Origin: Copranaerobaculum intestinale
Lineage (GTDB): Bacteria > Bacillota_I > Bacilli_A > Erysipelotrichales > Erysipelotrichaceae
DNA length: 32,000 nt
NCBI RefSeq assembly: GCF_009831105.1
Contig: NZ_WUUQ01000001.1
Location: forward strand, 330,001-362,000
Direction: 5' to 3'
Position 1 is the first letter of the stretch; each line of letters starts with the position of its first letter. This document shows, piece by piece, positions 16,434-24,557 of the stretch. The position numbers and the translations under genes are program-made. The notes below the pieces were generated by a model. That model was given only the letters and a program-made list of their open reading frames with translations. It was not told the origin of the DNA and did not search any database.

Positions 16434-16437
16434 TTGC

Positions 16438-16469
16438 AAAACAGTCTTCCATACAGAAGACTGTTTTTT
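16438..16469. terminator. Bidirectional terminator between the SIS gene and the anti-sigma gene
   Basis: ACAGTCTTC (16441-16449) pairs with GAAGACTGT (16456-16464). It is flanked by an A run and a T run. Confidence 0.8.
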
Positions 16470-16475
16470 ATCAAG

Positions 16476-17234
16476 CTATTTGTTATGATGTTTAGAATTT
16501 TCATTATGATGGGAATCATGATCATTTGGGAAACTGGTGTTTCCACTTAATTGAGTATATATTGTTTTCAGTTCCTGCATGCTCTTGTTTTGAAGATCAT
16601 CGATACGGTAGTCAGAATTCAATTTTATGATTTCTTCAATTACCTGATATTTTCCAAAGGACATATGATGTTTACTTGCTGATCGGTGCTCCTCTTCGGA
16701 GGCGTGCGAACATCCATATTGCGAAGCATCAAGATTTGCGGACAGAACCATATTTAAGACTTTTTCAAGGGCAACTGAATGAGTAGTATCCTTACTGTAT
16801 ACACTTACCTGCATAAATCCTTTTGTCATATAATCTTGAATCAGCTTGTCAGTCAGGAGCCAGTCCATTGCTTCTTCGATCGTATAGCCGGTTAGATCCT
16901 TCTGCTTCAAAACATTAGCAGCTTCCTTGTTATAATCGATAATATGGATAATTTTATTATTTTTATCGAGTTGAAATTCCATGCTGGGATTAATATCAAT
17001 ACTGACATAGGCATAAATGTCTTTTTTTACCGCAGGTGCAGTATTGGAACGGCTAAATGGTAATTGCAGAAAGAACGCCAGCAAAAAGCAAAAGCCCAAT
17101 GCCAAGATGCCCCAACCATAGCTTCTATGCTTTAACGGCTGTTTTTTCATAACGGCTTGCAGCGTTTTCGTTTTTAGCTGTGAGTTTGCTTTGATGCTGT
17201 CCAGATCAGATAATGGGTTACGCAAGAGGATCAC
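16476..17234 (-). CDS. Anti-sigma factor (single TM, extracytoplasmic domain, His-rich C-terminal tail)
   Basis: Overlaps the 3' end of the ECF sigma gene. Short cytoplasmic N-segment, TM GWGILALGFCFLLAFFLQL, and a YVSIDINPSMEFQLDKNNKIIHIIDYNKEA module typical of Firmicute anti-sigma ectodomains. The tail is NDHDSHHNENSKHHNK. The true start may be TTG 17225, after SD GGAGGTG. Confidence 0.7.
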   Translation of the reverse strand: MILLRNPLSDLDSIKANSQLKTKTLQAVMKKQPLKHRSYGWGILALGFCFLLAFFLQLPFSRSNTAPAVKKDIYAYVSIDINPSMEFQLDKNNKIIHIIDYNKEAANVLKQKDLTGYTIEEAMDWLLTDKLIQDYMTKGFMQVSVYSKDTTHSVALEKVLNMVLSANLDASQYGCSHASEEEHRSASKHHMSFGKYQVIEEIIKLNSDYRIDDLQNKSMQELKTIYTQLSGNTSFPNDHDSHHNENSKHHNK

Positions 17235-17700
17235 CTCCCAACATTTCCTTCAGTTGCTCCTTTGCTCGCTTCATCCAGGTGTGAATAGTGTTTTCACTGC
17301 GGTTTAGAATTTTGGCTATTTCCGTAATTTTATATCCTTCATAATAATATAGATAAACAACATTTCGATATGTATCCCTTAGCTTTAAGATTGCTTGCAG
17401 CACTTCTGGATGATGGGCCGGTTCCGCAAGTCCGTATTTACTCAAATCATCACGCAAATCTACTTTCTGGTGAAACCAGCCCCGCAGCATACTTTGACAC
17501 TCGTTAATGCTCACGCGGATGAACCATGCTTTTTCATGCTCTGCAGAAGCATAGGCGATATCTTTTGTAGCATATTTTATAAAGACATTCTGAAAAATAT
17601 CATCTACGTCTGTTTCTTTTTTTAAATGAATGAAACAGATACGACGAATCATATCTCCATATTTGTCAATTGCTTGAGATACTTCTTCTTCACATCGCAT
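17218..17700 (-). CDS. ECF-type RNA polymerase sigma-70 family factor
   Basis: 160 aa. Region 2 (DVDDIFQNVFIKY...AWFIRVSINECQSMLR) and region 4 HTH (YYYEGYKITEIAKILNRSENTIHTWMKRAKEQL). Confidence 0.88.
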   Translation of the reverse strand: MRCEEEVSQAIDKYGDMIRRICFIHLKKETDVDDIFQNVFIKYATKDIAYASAEHEKAWFIRVSINECQSMLRGWFHQKVDLRDDLSKYGLAEPAHHPEVLQAILKLRDTYRNVVYLYYYEGYKITEIAKILNRSENTIHTWMKRAKEQLKEMLGGDPLA

Positions 17701-17749
17701 GTAATTTCCTCTTATCTAAAGTATACTTCTATCCATTGGGAAAACATAG

Positions 17750-18121
17750 TTAATTATGGTGTTTACCATGATGATCTACGCTTTCATTATGTCCGTGTAG
17801 ATTACTTTGGTGGTGCGCAGAACCGCTATGATCATTTCGGTCATGATTTTGATGATTGCTGTTAGCGTGAAGACCGTCACAGTTCAGATGACCTTTCGAA
17901 CAGGTATTCTGATACTGGATAACGGTGGAGTCAGCATCGACTGCTGATCCTGTAGTGTTGTAAGATGCTTTTGCAGGTTTTTCTGTCTGTTGAGATGATC
18001 TCTCCGCTGGCGAATTATCTGTCGGTTTGTTATCTGCATCGTATGCGTGAACCTGTAATCCAAACCCTAATGCGCAAACGATTGCGGTGCTGCTCATAAA
18101 TATTAAATTTTTCTTTTTCAT
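17750..18121 (-). CDS. Secreted His-rich small protein (first gene of the ECF operon)
   Basis: Start moved to ATG 18121 (SD GGAGG 6 nt upstream). Signal peptide MKKKNLIFMSSTAIVCALGFGLQVHA. The mature part ends ...CSKGHLNCDGLHANSNHQNHDRNDHSGSAHHQSNLHGHNESVDHHGKHHN. Confidence 0.65.
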   Translation of the reverse strand: MKKKNLIFMSSTAIVCALGFGLQVHAYDADNKPTDNSPAERSSQQTEKPAKASYNTTGSAVDADSTVIQYQNTCSKGHLNCDGLHANSNHQNHDRNDHSGSAHHQSNLHGHNESVDHHGKHHN

Positions 18122-18151
18122 AAAAGACCTCCATATGTGTTTCACTCTAAA

Positions 18152-18178
18152 TACGCATAGCGTCATCGAAACCTTTCA
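18152..18178 (-). promoter_or_regulatory. Candidate ECF-type promoter TGAAAG-17-CGTA upstream of the His-rich gene
   Basis: On the minus strand: TGAAAG (forward 18173-18178), 17-nt spacer, CGTA (forward 18152-18155), about 30 nt upstream of the ATG. Resembles the B. subtilis SigW-type consensus TGAAAC-16-CGTA. Confidence 0.4.
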
Positions 18179-18299
18179 AAATTAAATATTTATTTTAAAA
18201 AAGCAGTGACTTTTCTTTATTTTCAAGCAGCATTTATTTTTTTGAACAGCTAAAGTAATAGAAAAGGATAGTAATTTCATCCAAATTCCGCTATAATAA

Positions 18300-18444
18300 A
18301 ATCTGTCAAGACAGGGGCGCCCAAATATGGGCTGAGATGTGCTGTGATCCAGCCGGTCCCTTATGACCTGATCTAGTTAGTACTAGCGTAGGGAGTCGAA
18401 TCGTTTTACGATTGCTTGCTTACGCCTCATGGAGGTGTTTTTTT
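18300..18444 (+). promoter_or_regulatory. TPP (THI-box) riboswitch with a terminator/RBS-sequestering expression platform
   Basis: Conserved elements read directly: AGGGGCGCC, GGCUGAGA, CCCUUAUGACCUGAUCUAGUUAGUACUAGCGUAGGGA. Downstream hairpin CGCCUC-AUG-GAGGUG (18423-18437) contains the SD GGAGG and is followed by T7 running into the thiT ATG. Confidence 0.9.
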
Positions 18445-19023
18445 ATGGTTAATCAACAAACTAGAAAAATTGTTTTTGCAGCTTTTTATCTGGCGCTTGC
18501 CATCGCGCTCAATTATCTGAATACGGTAATGCCGATCATTCAGATGCCAAACGGCGGATCTTTGGAATTAATGGTAATTCCGCTCTTTATGGCTTCCTAT
18601 CATATGGGGTGGAAATGGGGTGCCGGTATCAGTTTCTTGGCTTGGCTGCTGGGTATGATGTTTGGCATGAATAATTATATGGTTGGGCCGCTACAAGTCG
18701 TATTTGATTATATTGCGCCGTTTGTAGCCGTCGGCCTTGCTTCTCTGTTTCCGGCAATTCATATTGGGAAAATCAGAATTTCTAATGTATATGTCGGAGT
18801 TGTCGGCGGCATGCTGCTGAAATATATTTCCCAAGTGATTTCGGGTGTATATTTTTGGCCGGGAGAAGGAGCGGCAGGCAGTATGCCCGCATTTTTGTTC
18901 TCAATCAATTACAATGCCGGCTATAATTTTATTACAATGGTCGCTGCGTTGATCATCACCCCGGTTCTGGTGAGACGTCTGCGCAAAGTAAAGCCAAAGG
19001 AATTTATTGGAGTAAAAGATTAA
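18445..19023 (+). CDS. thiT: Thiamine transporter ThiT (ECF transporter S component)
   Basis: Start moved to ATG 18445, because the upstream part of the ORF is riboswitch. Shows NGGSLELMVIPLFMASYHMGWKWG, PLQVVFDYIAPFVAVGLA and six TM segments. It is preceded by a TPP riboswitch. Confidence 0.85.
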   Translation: MVNQQTRKIVFAAFYLALAIALNYLNTVMPIIQMPNGGSLELMVIPLFMASYHMGWKWGAGISFLAWLLGMMFGMNNYMVGPLQVVFDYIAPFVAVGLASLFPAIHIGKIRISNVYVGVVGGMLLKYISQVISGVYFWPGEGAAGSMPAFLFSINYNAGYNFITMVAALIITPVLVRRLRKVKPKEFIGVKD

Positions 19024-19045
19024 AAAGCGCACATGCGCTTTTTTT
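19024..19045 (+). terminator. Rho-independent terminator after thiT
   Basis: AAAGCGC-ACAT-GCGCTTT followed by a T run. Confidence 0.8.
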
Positions 19046-19291
19046 GTTTGTTTAAGTTGGTGTCCTCAGTTCCTCTAGGTTGAATTATGACTTGTAAACT
19101 CCATGAATTCGCTAACAAAGTATCATTCATCAAGCCGTTGTTCTCTGTATTGATGAAAGCTGCGAATGAAATTTTCCTGTGATCTGTATATAAGTATCCA
19201 CATAAAAGAGCATTGATCACGAAAAATCGACACAATCTTGTGAAATTTTTGATTTTTTAAAAATGACAGCCCTTTCATCGGAGTAACATCG

Positions 19292-19320
19292 TTGAGAATA
19301 ACGTTTTTTCATTGTATACT
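19292..19320 (+). promoter_or_regulatory. Sigma-A promoter for gpmI (TTGAGA-17-TATACT)
   Basis: TTGAGA at 19292-19297 and TATACT at 19315-19320, 25 nt upstream of the ATG. Confidence 0.5.
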
Positions 19321-19345
19321 TATATAGTAAAAGGAGGATTTAGTA

Positions 19346-20917
19346 ATGAGTAAAAGACCTGTAGTACTTGTTGTTATGGACGGAGTTGGTATTAGCAATA
19401 ATGAGCTGGGCAACGCCGTTAAAAATGCATATACGCCTACCCTTGATGAGTTATGGAAGACATGTCCTCATACAGAAATCAAAGCGCATGGTTTGGCAGT
19501 AGGTTTGCCGAGTGATGGAGATATGGGAAACAGCGAGGTTGGGCATAATGCACTTGGCTGTGGACAGATTTACAGTCAAGGTGCAAAATTGGTAAATGAA
19601 TCTATCAGCAGTGGTGATATGTTCACGACCGAAACATGGAAAGAGCTTATCTCTAACTGCGAAAACGGTACGATGCATTTTTTGGGACTTCTCTCAGATG
19701 GAAATGTTCACTCTCACATTAACCATTTGAAGTCACTGCTCAGTCAAGCTAAGAAGGACGGTGTAAAGGAAGCTCGTTTACATATTCTGCTGGACGGCCG
19801 TGATGTGCCTGAGACCAGCGCGCTGATCTATGTCGATGAGATTGAAGCTTACATGGCAGCCTTGAATGACGATCAATTTCATGCCTGCATCGCCAGCGGC
19901 GGCGGACGCATGAATATTACAATGGATCGTTATGAAGCAAATTGGGCAATGGTTGAAAAAGGATGGCATACACATGTTCTGGGCGAAGGAAGAATGTTCG
20001 CATCCGCAAAGGAAGCGATTGAAACATATCGCAACGAAACTGGTGTAGTCGATCAGGATCTGCCGCCTTTCGTTATTGCAAAGGATGATCAGCCGGTCGG
20101 TACGATCGAGGATGGTGACAGTGTCATTCTGTTTAACTTCCGCGGTGATCGTGCTCAGGAAATTTCATTGGCGTTTGATGGCGATGAATCATTTGATAAA
20201 TTCGATCGTGTCCGCATCCCAAAGGTGATGTATGCGGGAATGCTGCAGTATGATGCAGATTTGAATATTCCTCATCATTTCCTGACGTATCCTCCAAAAA
20301 TTAAATTTACATTATCAGAGTATTTAGTAAATAAGGGCATCCGTCAGTATGCAATCAGCGAAACGCAGAAATTTGGACATGTTACCTATTTTTGGAACGG
20401 CAACCGCAGCGAAAAATTTGATAATGAACTTGAGGATTTTGTAGAAATCAAATCTGATGTTGTTCCATTCGATCAGCGTCCATGGATGAAATCCGCAGAA
20501 ATCACGGATGTCCTGGTAGAAGCAATTTTAAGCGGCAAGTATGATTTCCTGCGCACGAATTATCCTAACGGAGATATGGTTGGACATACCGGTGACTATG
20601 AAGCAACGATCATCGGTGTTGAAGCTGTTGATCTGAATCTGAAGCGCATCAAGAAAGCTGTGGATGCAGTAAATGGTATTCTGATCGTAACCGCGGATCA
20701 CGGCAATGCAGATGAGATGTATGAAAAACCGAAAAAAGAAGGAGCAGCTTTGAAAGCAAAGACTTCTCATACATTAAATAAAGTTCCATTTATCATTTAC
20801 AATCGTGATGTAACAATGGATGAAGGTGATTTCGGCTTGGCAAACGTAGCCTCAACAGTTGCAAAATTATTAGAGCTGGAGCCTGATTCTCACTGGCTTC
20901 CGTCAATCATAAAATAA
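19346..20917 (+). CDS. gpmI: 2,3-bisphosphoglycerate-independent phosphoglycerate mutase
   Basis: Shows VVMDGVGIS, DMGNSEVGHNALGCGQIYSQGAKLV, LLSDGNVHSH, ILLDGRDV, GGRMNITMDRYE, FGHVTYFWNGNRS, NYPNGDMVGHTG and VTADHGNA. Confidence 0.93.
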   Translation: MSKRPVVLVVMDGVGISNNELGNAVKNAYTPTLDELWKTCPHTEIKAHGLAVGLPSDGDMGNSEVGHNALGCGQIYSQGAKLVNESISSGDMFTTETWKELISNCENGTMHFLGLLSDGNVHSHINHLKSLLSQAKKDGVKEARLHILLDGRDVPETSALIYVDEIEAYMAALNDDQFHACIASGGGRMNITMDRYEANWAMVEKGWHTHVLGEGRMFASAKEAIETYRNETGVVDQDLPPFVIAKDDQPVGTIEDGDSVILFNFRGDRAQEISLAFDGDESFDKFDRVRIPKVMYAGMLQYDADLNIPHHFLTYPPKIKFTLSEYLVNKGIRQYAISETQKFGHVTYFWNGNRSEKFDNELEDFVEIKSDVVPFDQRPWMKSAEITDVLVEAILSGKYDFLRTNYPNGDMVGHTGDYEATIIGVEAVDLNLKRIKKAVDAVNGILIVTADHGNADEMYEKPKKEGAALKAKTSHTLNKVPFIIYNRDVTMDEGDFGLANVASTVAKLLELEPDSHWLPSIIK

Positions 20918-20924
20918 TGGAAGG

Positions 20925-20953
20925 AGCAGTTCTTAAAAAAGAGCTGCTTTTTT
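20925..20953 (+). terminator. Rho-independent terminator after gpmI
   Basis: AGCAGTTC (20925-20932) pairs with GAGCTGCT (20941-20948), with one G:T wobble. A T6 run follows. Confidence 0.65.
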
Positions 20954-21071
20954 CATGAAAATATAACACAGTTATGATAAGGGAGGGACATGATTATTGG
21001 AATAGGAATTGCTGTTTACATTCATAACAAGTGTGTTACAATTAGTGATGTTTACGAGGAAATATATAAGT

Positions 21072-21647
21072 ATGCAAAAATGGATGCGCAATTTGATTAT
21101 GATCTTCATCGGAAACCTGCTGCTTGCAATTGCCGGCGGCGTTTTTATCCTGCCTAACCAGATTGTCAGCGGTGGGGTCAACGGAATTGCGCTTGTGCTG
21201 GAGCCGATCGTTCATGTTCCGGTGAACTCCATTATTAATCTTTTGATCGCAGTAACCTTTGTATGCGGATTTATATTCATGGGAAAAGAATTTGCCGGCA
21301 AGACGATCGTAAGCAGTATTATTTATCCGGTATTACTGGAATTGGTTATGCGGTACCTTCCCTCATTTACCTTCAATATCTTGATCGCAACAGTTATAAG
21401 CGCGGTGTTGGTTGGCTTTGGCATAGGACTGGTGCTGCGAGCTGGCGCGAGTACCGGAGGAATGGATATCCCACCGATCATTATCAATAAATTCTTCCAT
21501 ATAAAAGTCGCGACGATCCTGATGATCATGGATTCGACAACCGTGCTGCTGGGATTTGTCTTCTATGGTCCGGTGAAGGTGATACTTGGCCTGATTTCTG
21601 TATTTATCTGTTCAAGAGTTCTTGATTATACACTTATTTCAAAATAG
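21072..21647 (+). CDS. YitT-family membrane protein (membrane domain only, no DUF2179 tail)
   Basis: Start moved to ATG 21072. IFIGNLLLAIAGGVFILPNQIVSGGVNGIALVL is the YitT/DUF161 signature, repeated later as GASTGGMDIPPIIINK. Confidence 0.7.
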   Translation: MQKWMRNLIMIFIGNLLLAIAGGVFILPNQIVSGGVNGIALVLEPIVHVPVNSIINLLIAVTFVCGFIFMGKEFAGKTIVSSIIYPVLLELVMRYLPSFTFNILIATVISAVLVGFGIGLVLRAGASTGGMDIPPIIINKFFHIKVATILMIMDSTTVLLGFVFYGPVKVILGLISVFICSRVLDYTLISK

Positions 21648-21670
21648 AGTTAGGAATAACTCTTTTTTTT
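21646..21670 (+). terminator. Rho-independent terminator after the YitT-like gene
   Basis: AGAGTTA-GGAA-TAACTCT followed by T8. Confidence 0.75.
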
Positions 21671-21694
21671 CGTATAAGGTAATAGGTGATATTT

Positions 21695-22576
21695 ATGCTG
21701 AAAGTTGAACACTTATCCAAAATGTATGGAAACAACCGAGGAATTCATGATATATCTTTTACCCTGAAGCCAGGTAAAATACTGGGAATTTTGGGAAGTA
21801 ACGGAAGTGGAAAAACTACGACGTTTCGTATTCTGCTAGGTCTTTTGAAGCAGGATCAGGGAATGATTTTTTACGAAAATAAGCCGATTGATCGAACGAA
21901 TACCAGATTATTCGGTTATCTTCCGGAAGAGCGCAGTTTGCTGCGTGATCTGCGGGTACATGATCAGATTTTTTATCTGGGACGATTAAAAGAAATGTCG
22001 ACCGGAGAGCTTGAGGAACAGATAGGGTATTGGCTGAGCTATCTCGATATTGCAAAATATCGGAATCGAAAAATTGCTGAGCTTTCTAAAGGAAATCAGC
22101 AGAAGGTTCAATTGGCGTGTGCGCTGGTTCATCAGCCGGACATCTATATTTTCGACGAGCCGCTGAATGGACTGGATATTGAAAATGTAACCCTGTTTCA
22201 GCAGGTTATCCGCAAGCTCCAAAAGAATAAGAAGTGTATTATGATTTCGTCACATCAGTATGAAGTGATCGAACAGTTTTGTGACAGTGTTTTATATTTA
22301 AAAGAAGGGGAATTGTTGTTTCAAGGAAAAATTTCGTCATTAAAAAGAGCCTCTTCCTCCACCAGGGTTATTATGAATGATACGAAAATCGACCGCTGGA
22401 TCGATGAAGCGGGAGTATGTGACTATTTTTATGAAAACGGAAGATTGATCCTGTATATGAATACGCTGCCGGCCGCAGAGAAGCTTATTCGCAGAGCGAT
22501 GAAATTAGGCTTGGATGAGTATGCATTAGCACTTCCTTCATTATCGGAAATTATTCAGGAACGCATCCATGAATGA
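21695..22576 (+). CDS. ABC transporter ATP-binding protein (ABC-2 exporter type)
   Basis: Walker A GSNGSGKTT, signature LSKGNQQK, Walker B IYIFDEP. Start at ATG 21695 (SD AGGTGA). Confidence 0.9.
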   Translation: MLKVEHLSKMYGNNRGIHDISFTLKPGKILGILGSNGSGKTTTFRILLGLLKQDQGMIFYENKPIDRTNTRLFGYLPEERSLLRDLRVHDQIFYLGRLKEMSTGELEEQIGYWLSYLDIAKYRNRKIAELSKGNQQKVQLACALVHQPDIYIFDEPLNGLDIENVTLFQQVIRKLQKNKKCIMISSHQYEVIEQFCDSVLYLKEGELLFQGKISSLKRASSSTRVIMNDTKIDRWIDEAGVCDYFYENGRLILYMNTLPAAEKLIRRAMKLGLDEYALALPSLSEIIQERIHE

Positions 22577-23816
22577 GCTGATACACTTTTCGTTAAAGCG
22601 GCGTTTTGGCAATGGTGCACAAATCCTTTTAAATATCATTTTGATTGTCTTAATCGGATGTGCTGTATTTGCTGACCGTATCATCGATTTCATCAATCCG
22701 GATATGCTGGAACCGCCAACTGTATATCTGGCGGATCTGGATGAAAATGTGAAGGAATTTTTGCTTTCTCAGAATTCCACGCTCTTTCATTTTGAAGAAT
22801 GGAAGCATCAAAAAGCGAAAGGAACATCTTCTTATATTCTGGAACAACAAAATACATACACTCTAAAATCGCAGTATAAGGTTGAACCGGCTATGAAAGA
22901 AGCGTTGACCGCAATGATCGCCCAAGCTAGACAAACAGCTATTCTGAATGAAACGCAAGGTCAGAATGAGATGCTGAACGCATATATTACTCCGATAACT
23001 ATGAAAAATCAGATAACGGATAAACAAACAAATCATAATGAACAGCAGAGTAATATGACCTTTATGGTAATAACGGGTATTTATTTTATGATGATATCCT
23101 TTGCGACTACGGTAGCCAATGAAGTGGTTTATGAAAAAGCTACGAAGACTTTGGAATTGATTTTGACCAGTGTCAGCGCTCGTACGCATTTTATCAGCAA
23201 AATTATTGTCGGATGGCTGGTGGTGCTTTTTCAGTGTCTTTCTATATGCGTTTACACAGGGTTCTGGCTGCTGGTGAGGAATTTTTATGATCAGGGAACC
23301 GGTTTGCTGAAAGTGATTGATCAACTCCATCTTGCGTCTATTTCCCAACGAACATTCGGATCCTTTCTGTCAAGTCTATCAGTTCATGGTGATCTTCTTG
23401 TCAAACTGATGTTTGTATTCTTATTTTTATTTGCGGGCATTCTGCTGATTCAACTGTTAATGGTGATCGTGTCCAGCTTTATCAGCAATATTGAAGAAGC
23501 CGGAAATATACAGGCTCCATTTTATATTATTATGTTGATCGTCTATTATCTGGCTATCTCCTTGAATACGCCTTATCATCTAAACGAAGGGATTGGTTAT
23601 TATTTTTCCTTTATTCCGTTTTTATCTATGCTGTTTATGCCTTGCCGTATATTACAGGGCTCGGTTTCTTTTTATGAATTGGGATTATCCTTCTTTTTTG
23701 CCTGCAGTGCATTCTTCATGCTGGCAAAGAGCGGCTCGCACATTTATCAAAAAGGTGTTCTGGATTATTCGTCAAAAGGATTGCTTCATATTTTAAGACA
23801 ATTAAAAAATACTTGA
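22569..23816 (+). CDS. ABC-2 family permease (NatB-like: N-terminal TM, large extracytoplasmic loop, C-terminal TM bundle)
   Basis: Overlaps the ATPase gene by 8 nt. The topology is read from the hydrophobic segments. I recognise no specific substrate motif. Confidence 0.75.
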   Translation: MNELIHFSLKRRFGNGAQILLNIILIVLIGCAVFADRIIDFINPDMLEPPTVYLADLDENVKEFLLSQNSTLFHFEEWKHQKAKGTSSYILEQQNTYTLKSQYKVEPAMKEALTAMIAQARQTAILNETQGQNEMLNAYITPITMKNQITDKQTNHNEQQSNMTFMVITGIYFMMISFATTVANEVVYEKATKTLELILTSVSARTHFISKIIVGWLVVLFQCLSICVYTGFWLLVRNFYDQGTGLLKVIDQLHLASISQRTFGSFLSSLSVHGDLLVKLMFVFLFLFAGILLIQLLMVIVSSFISNIEEAGNIQAPFYIIMLIVYYLAISLNTPYHLNEGIGYYFSFIPFLSMLFMPCRILQGSVSFYELGLSFFFACSAFFMLAKSGSHIYQKGVLDYSSKGLLHILRQLKNT

Positions 23817-24377
23817 TTAGGATATAAATAAGTGTTCAATCAGAATTTTTAAACCAATGATAAAAAGTATACAGCCGCCCAGCAATTCTGCGTATTTTTG
23901 TAAAAAGCCGCCTAAGCGGTTGCCGAGATAAACAGCCGTAAAACTGAGGATAAAGGTTGTGATACCGATAATCAGTACAGCAGAAATTATCTCTACCTGA
24001 AGAAAAGCAAAGCTGACGCCGATGGCTAATGCATCAATACTGGTAGCTATCGCCAAAAGCAATACGAGCTTAGCAGTTAAAGGGGCACATTCTGCCTCCT
24101 CGGGATGAAAGGCATCATATATCATTTTGCCGCCAATGATACTTAATAGAATAAAAGCGATCCAATGATCGATGGATGTGATCAAGCTTTGGAAATAACT
24201 GCCGATCCACCAACCCAAAAGCGGCATAACTGCCTGAAACAATCCGAAATAAAAGGCAAGCTTCCATGCGCTTTTTGCGACATCCTTTTTGCTGAGACAC
24301 ATGCCTTTTGCAATAGAAACAGCGAAGGCATCCATGGAAAGACCGATGCCGATCATAAAGATAGATGTAAGATTCAT
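23817..24377 (-). CDS. mntP: Manganese efflux pump MntP
   Basis: IGIGLSMDAFAVSIAKG and a second SIDALAIGVSFA repeat (DUF204 duplication). It is preceded by a yybP-ykoY riboswitch. Confidence 0.88.
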   Translation of the reverse strand: MNLTSIFMIGIGLSMDAFAVSIAKGMCLSKKDVAKSAWKLAFYFGLFQAVMPLLGWWIGSYFQSLITSIDHWIAFILLSIIGGKMIYDAFHPEEAECAPLTAKLVLLLAIATSIDALAIGVSFAFLQVEIISAVLIIGITTFILSFTAVYLGNRLGGFLQKYAELLGGCILFIIGLKILIEHLFIS

Positions 24378-24390
24378 ATTCCCTCCCAGT

Positions 24391-24520
24391 AAAAAACGAG
24401 ACCTATCATGTTTACCATGAATAAGTCTCGTTATTAAACACTAAGCCAGATCTTTCGATCATTCTGTTGACTTAACGACTCATGCGGTGATGAGCTAACT
24501 ACTCCCTTATCGAGTGAAGA
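24391..24520 (-). promoter_or_regulatory. yybP-ykoY (Mn2+) riboswitch with intrinsic terminator
   Basis: The minus strand reads ...GAUAAGGGAGUAGUUAGCUCAUCACCGCAUGAGUCGUUAAGUCAACAGAAUGAUCGAAAGAUCUGGCUUAGUGUUUAAUAACGAGACUUAU.... It contains the conserved GGGAGUAG, GUCAACA and GGCUU elements and an AUAAG/CUUAU closing helix. Then comes the terminator AACGAGACUUAU...AUAGGUCUCGUU plus U6. Confidence 0.8.
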
Positions 24521-24521
24521 T

Positions 24522-24550
24522 ATCATATCAAAGAAGGAAAAAAATTGCAA
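24522..24550 (-). promoter_or_regulatory. Sigma-A promoter driving the Mn riboswitch (TTGCAA-17-TATGAT)
   Basis: Minus strand: TTGCAA (forward 24545-24550), 17-nt spacer, TATGAT (forward 24522-24527). It lies immediately upstream of the riboswitch 5' end. Confidence 0.6.
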
Positions 24551-24557
24551 CAAATTC

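Noticed and set aside
19020-19235. 71-aa minus-strand ORF in the 322-nt thiT-gpmI spacer.
   Set aside because: It has no SD and an implausible sequence, its stop region overlaps the thiT stop codon and its 3' end runs through the thiT terminator hairpin (19024-19045). The spacer is treated as non-coding. An isolated DnaA-box-like GTATCCACA near 19196 is a single 8/9 match and is not meaningful alone.
20990-21157. Roughly 55-codon ORF (MIIGIGIAVYIHNKCVTISDVYEEIYKY...) preceded by GGGAGGG, upstream of and out of frame with the YitT-like gene.
   Set aside because: The SD-to-ATG spacing is only ~3 nt, it is below the ORF-track size cutoff, and it overlaps the better-supported YitT start at 21072. 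It could be a leader peptide, but I cannot support it from sequence alone.
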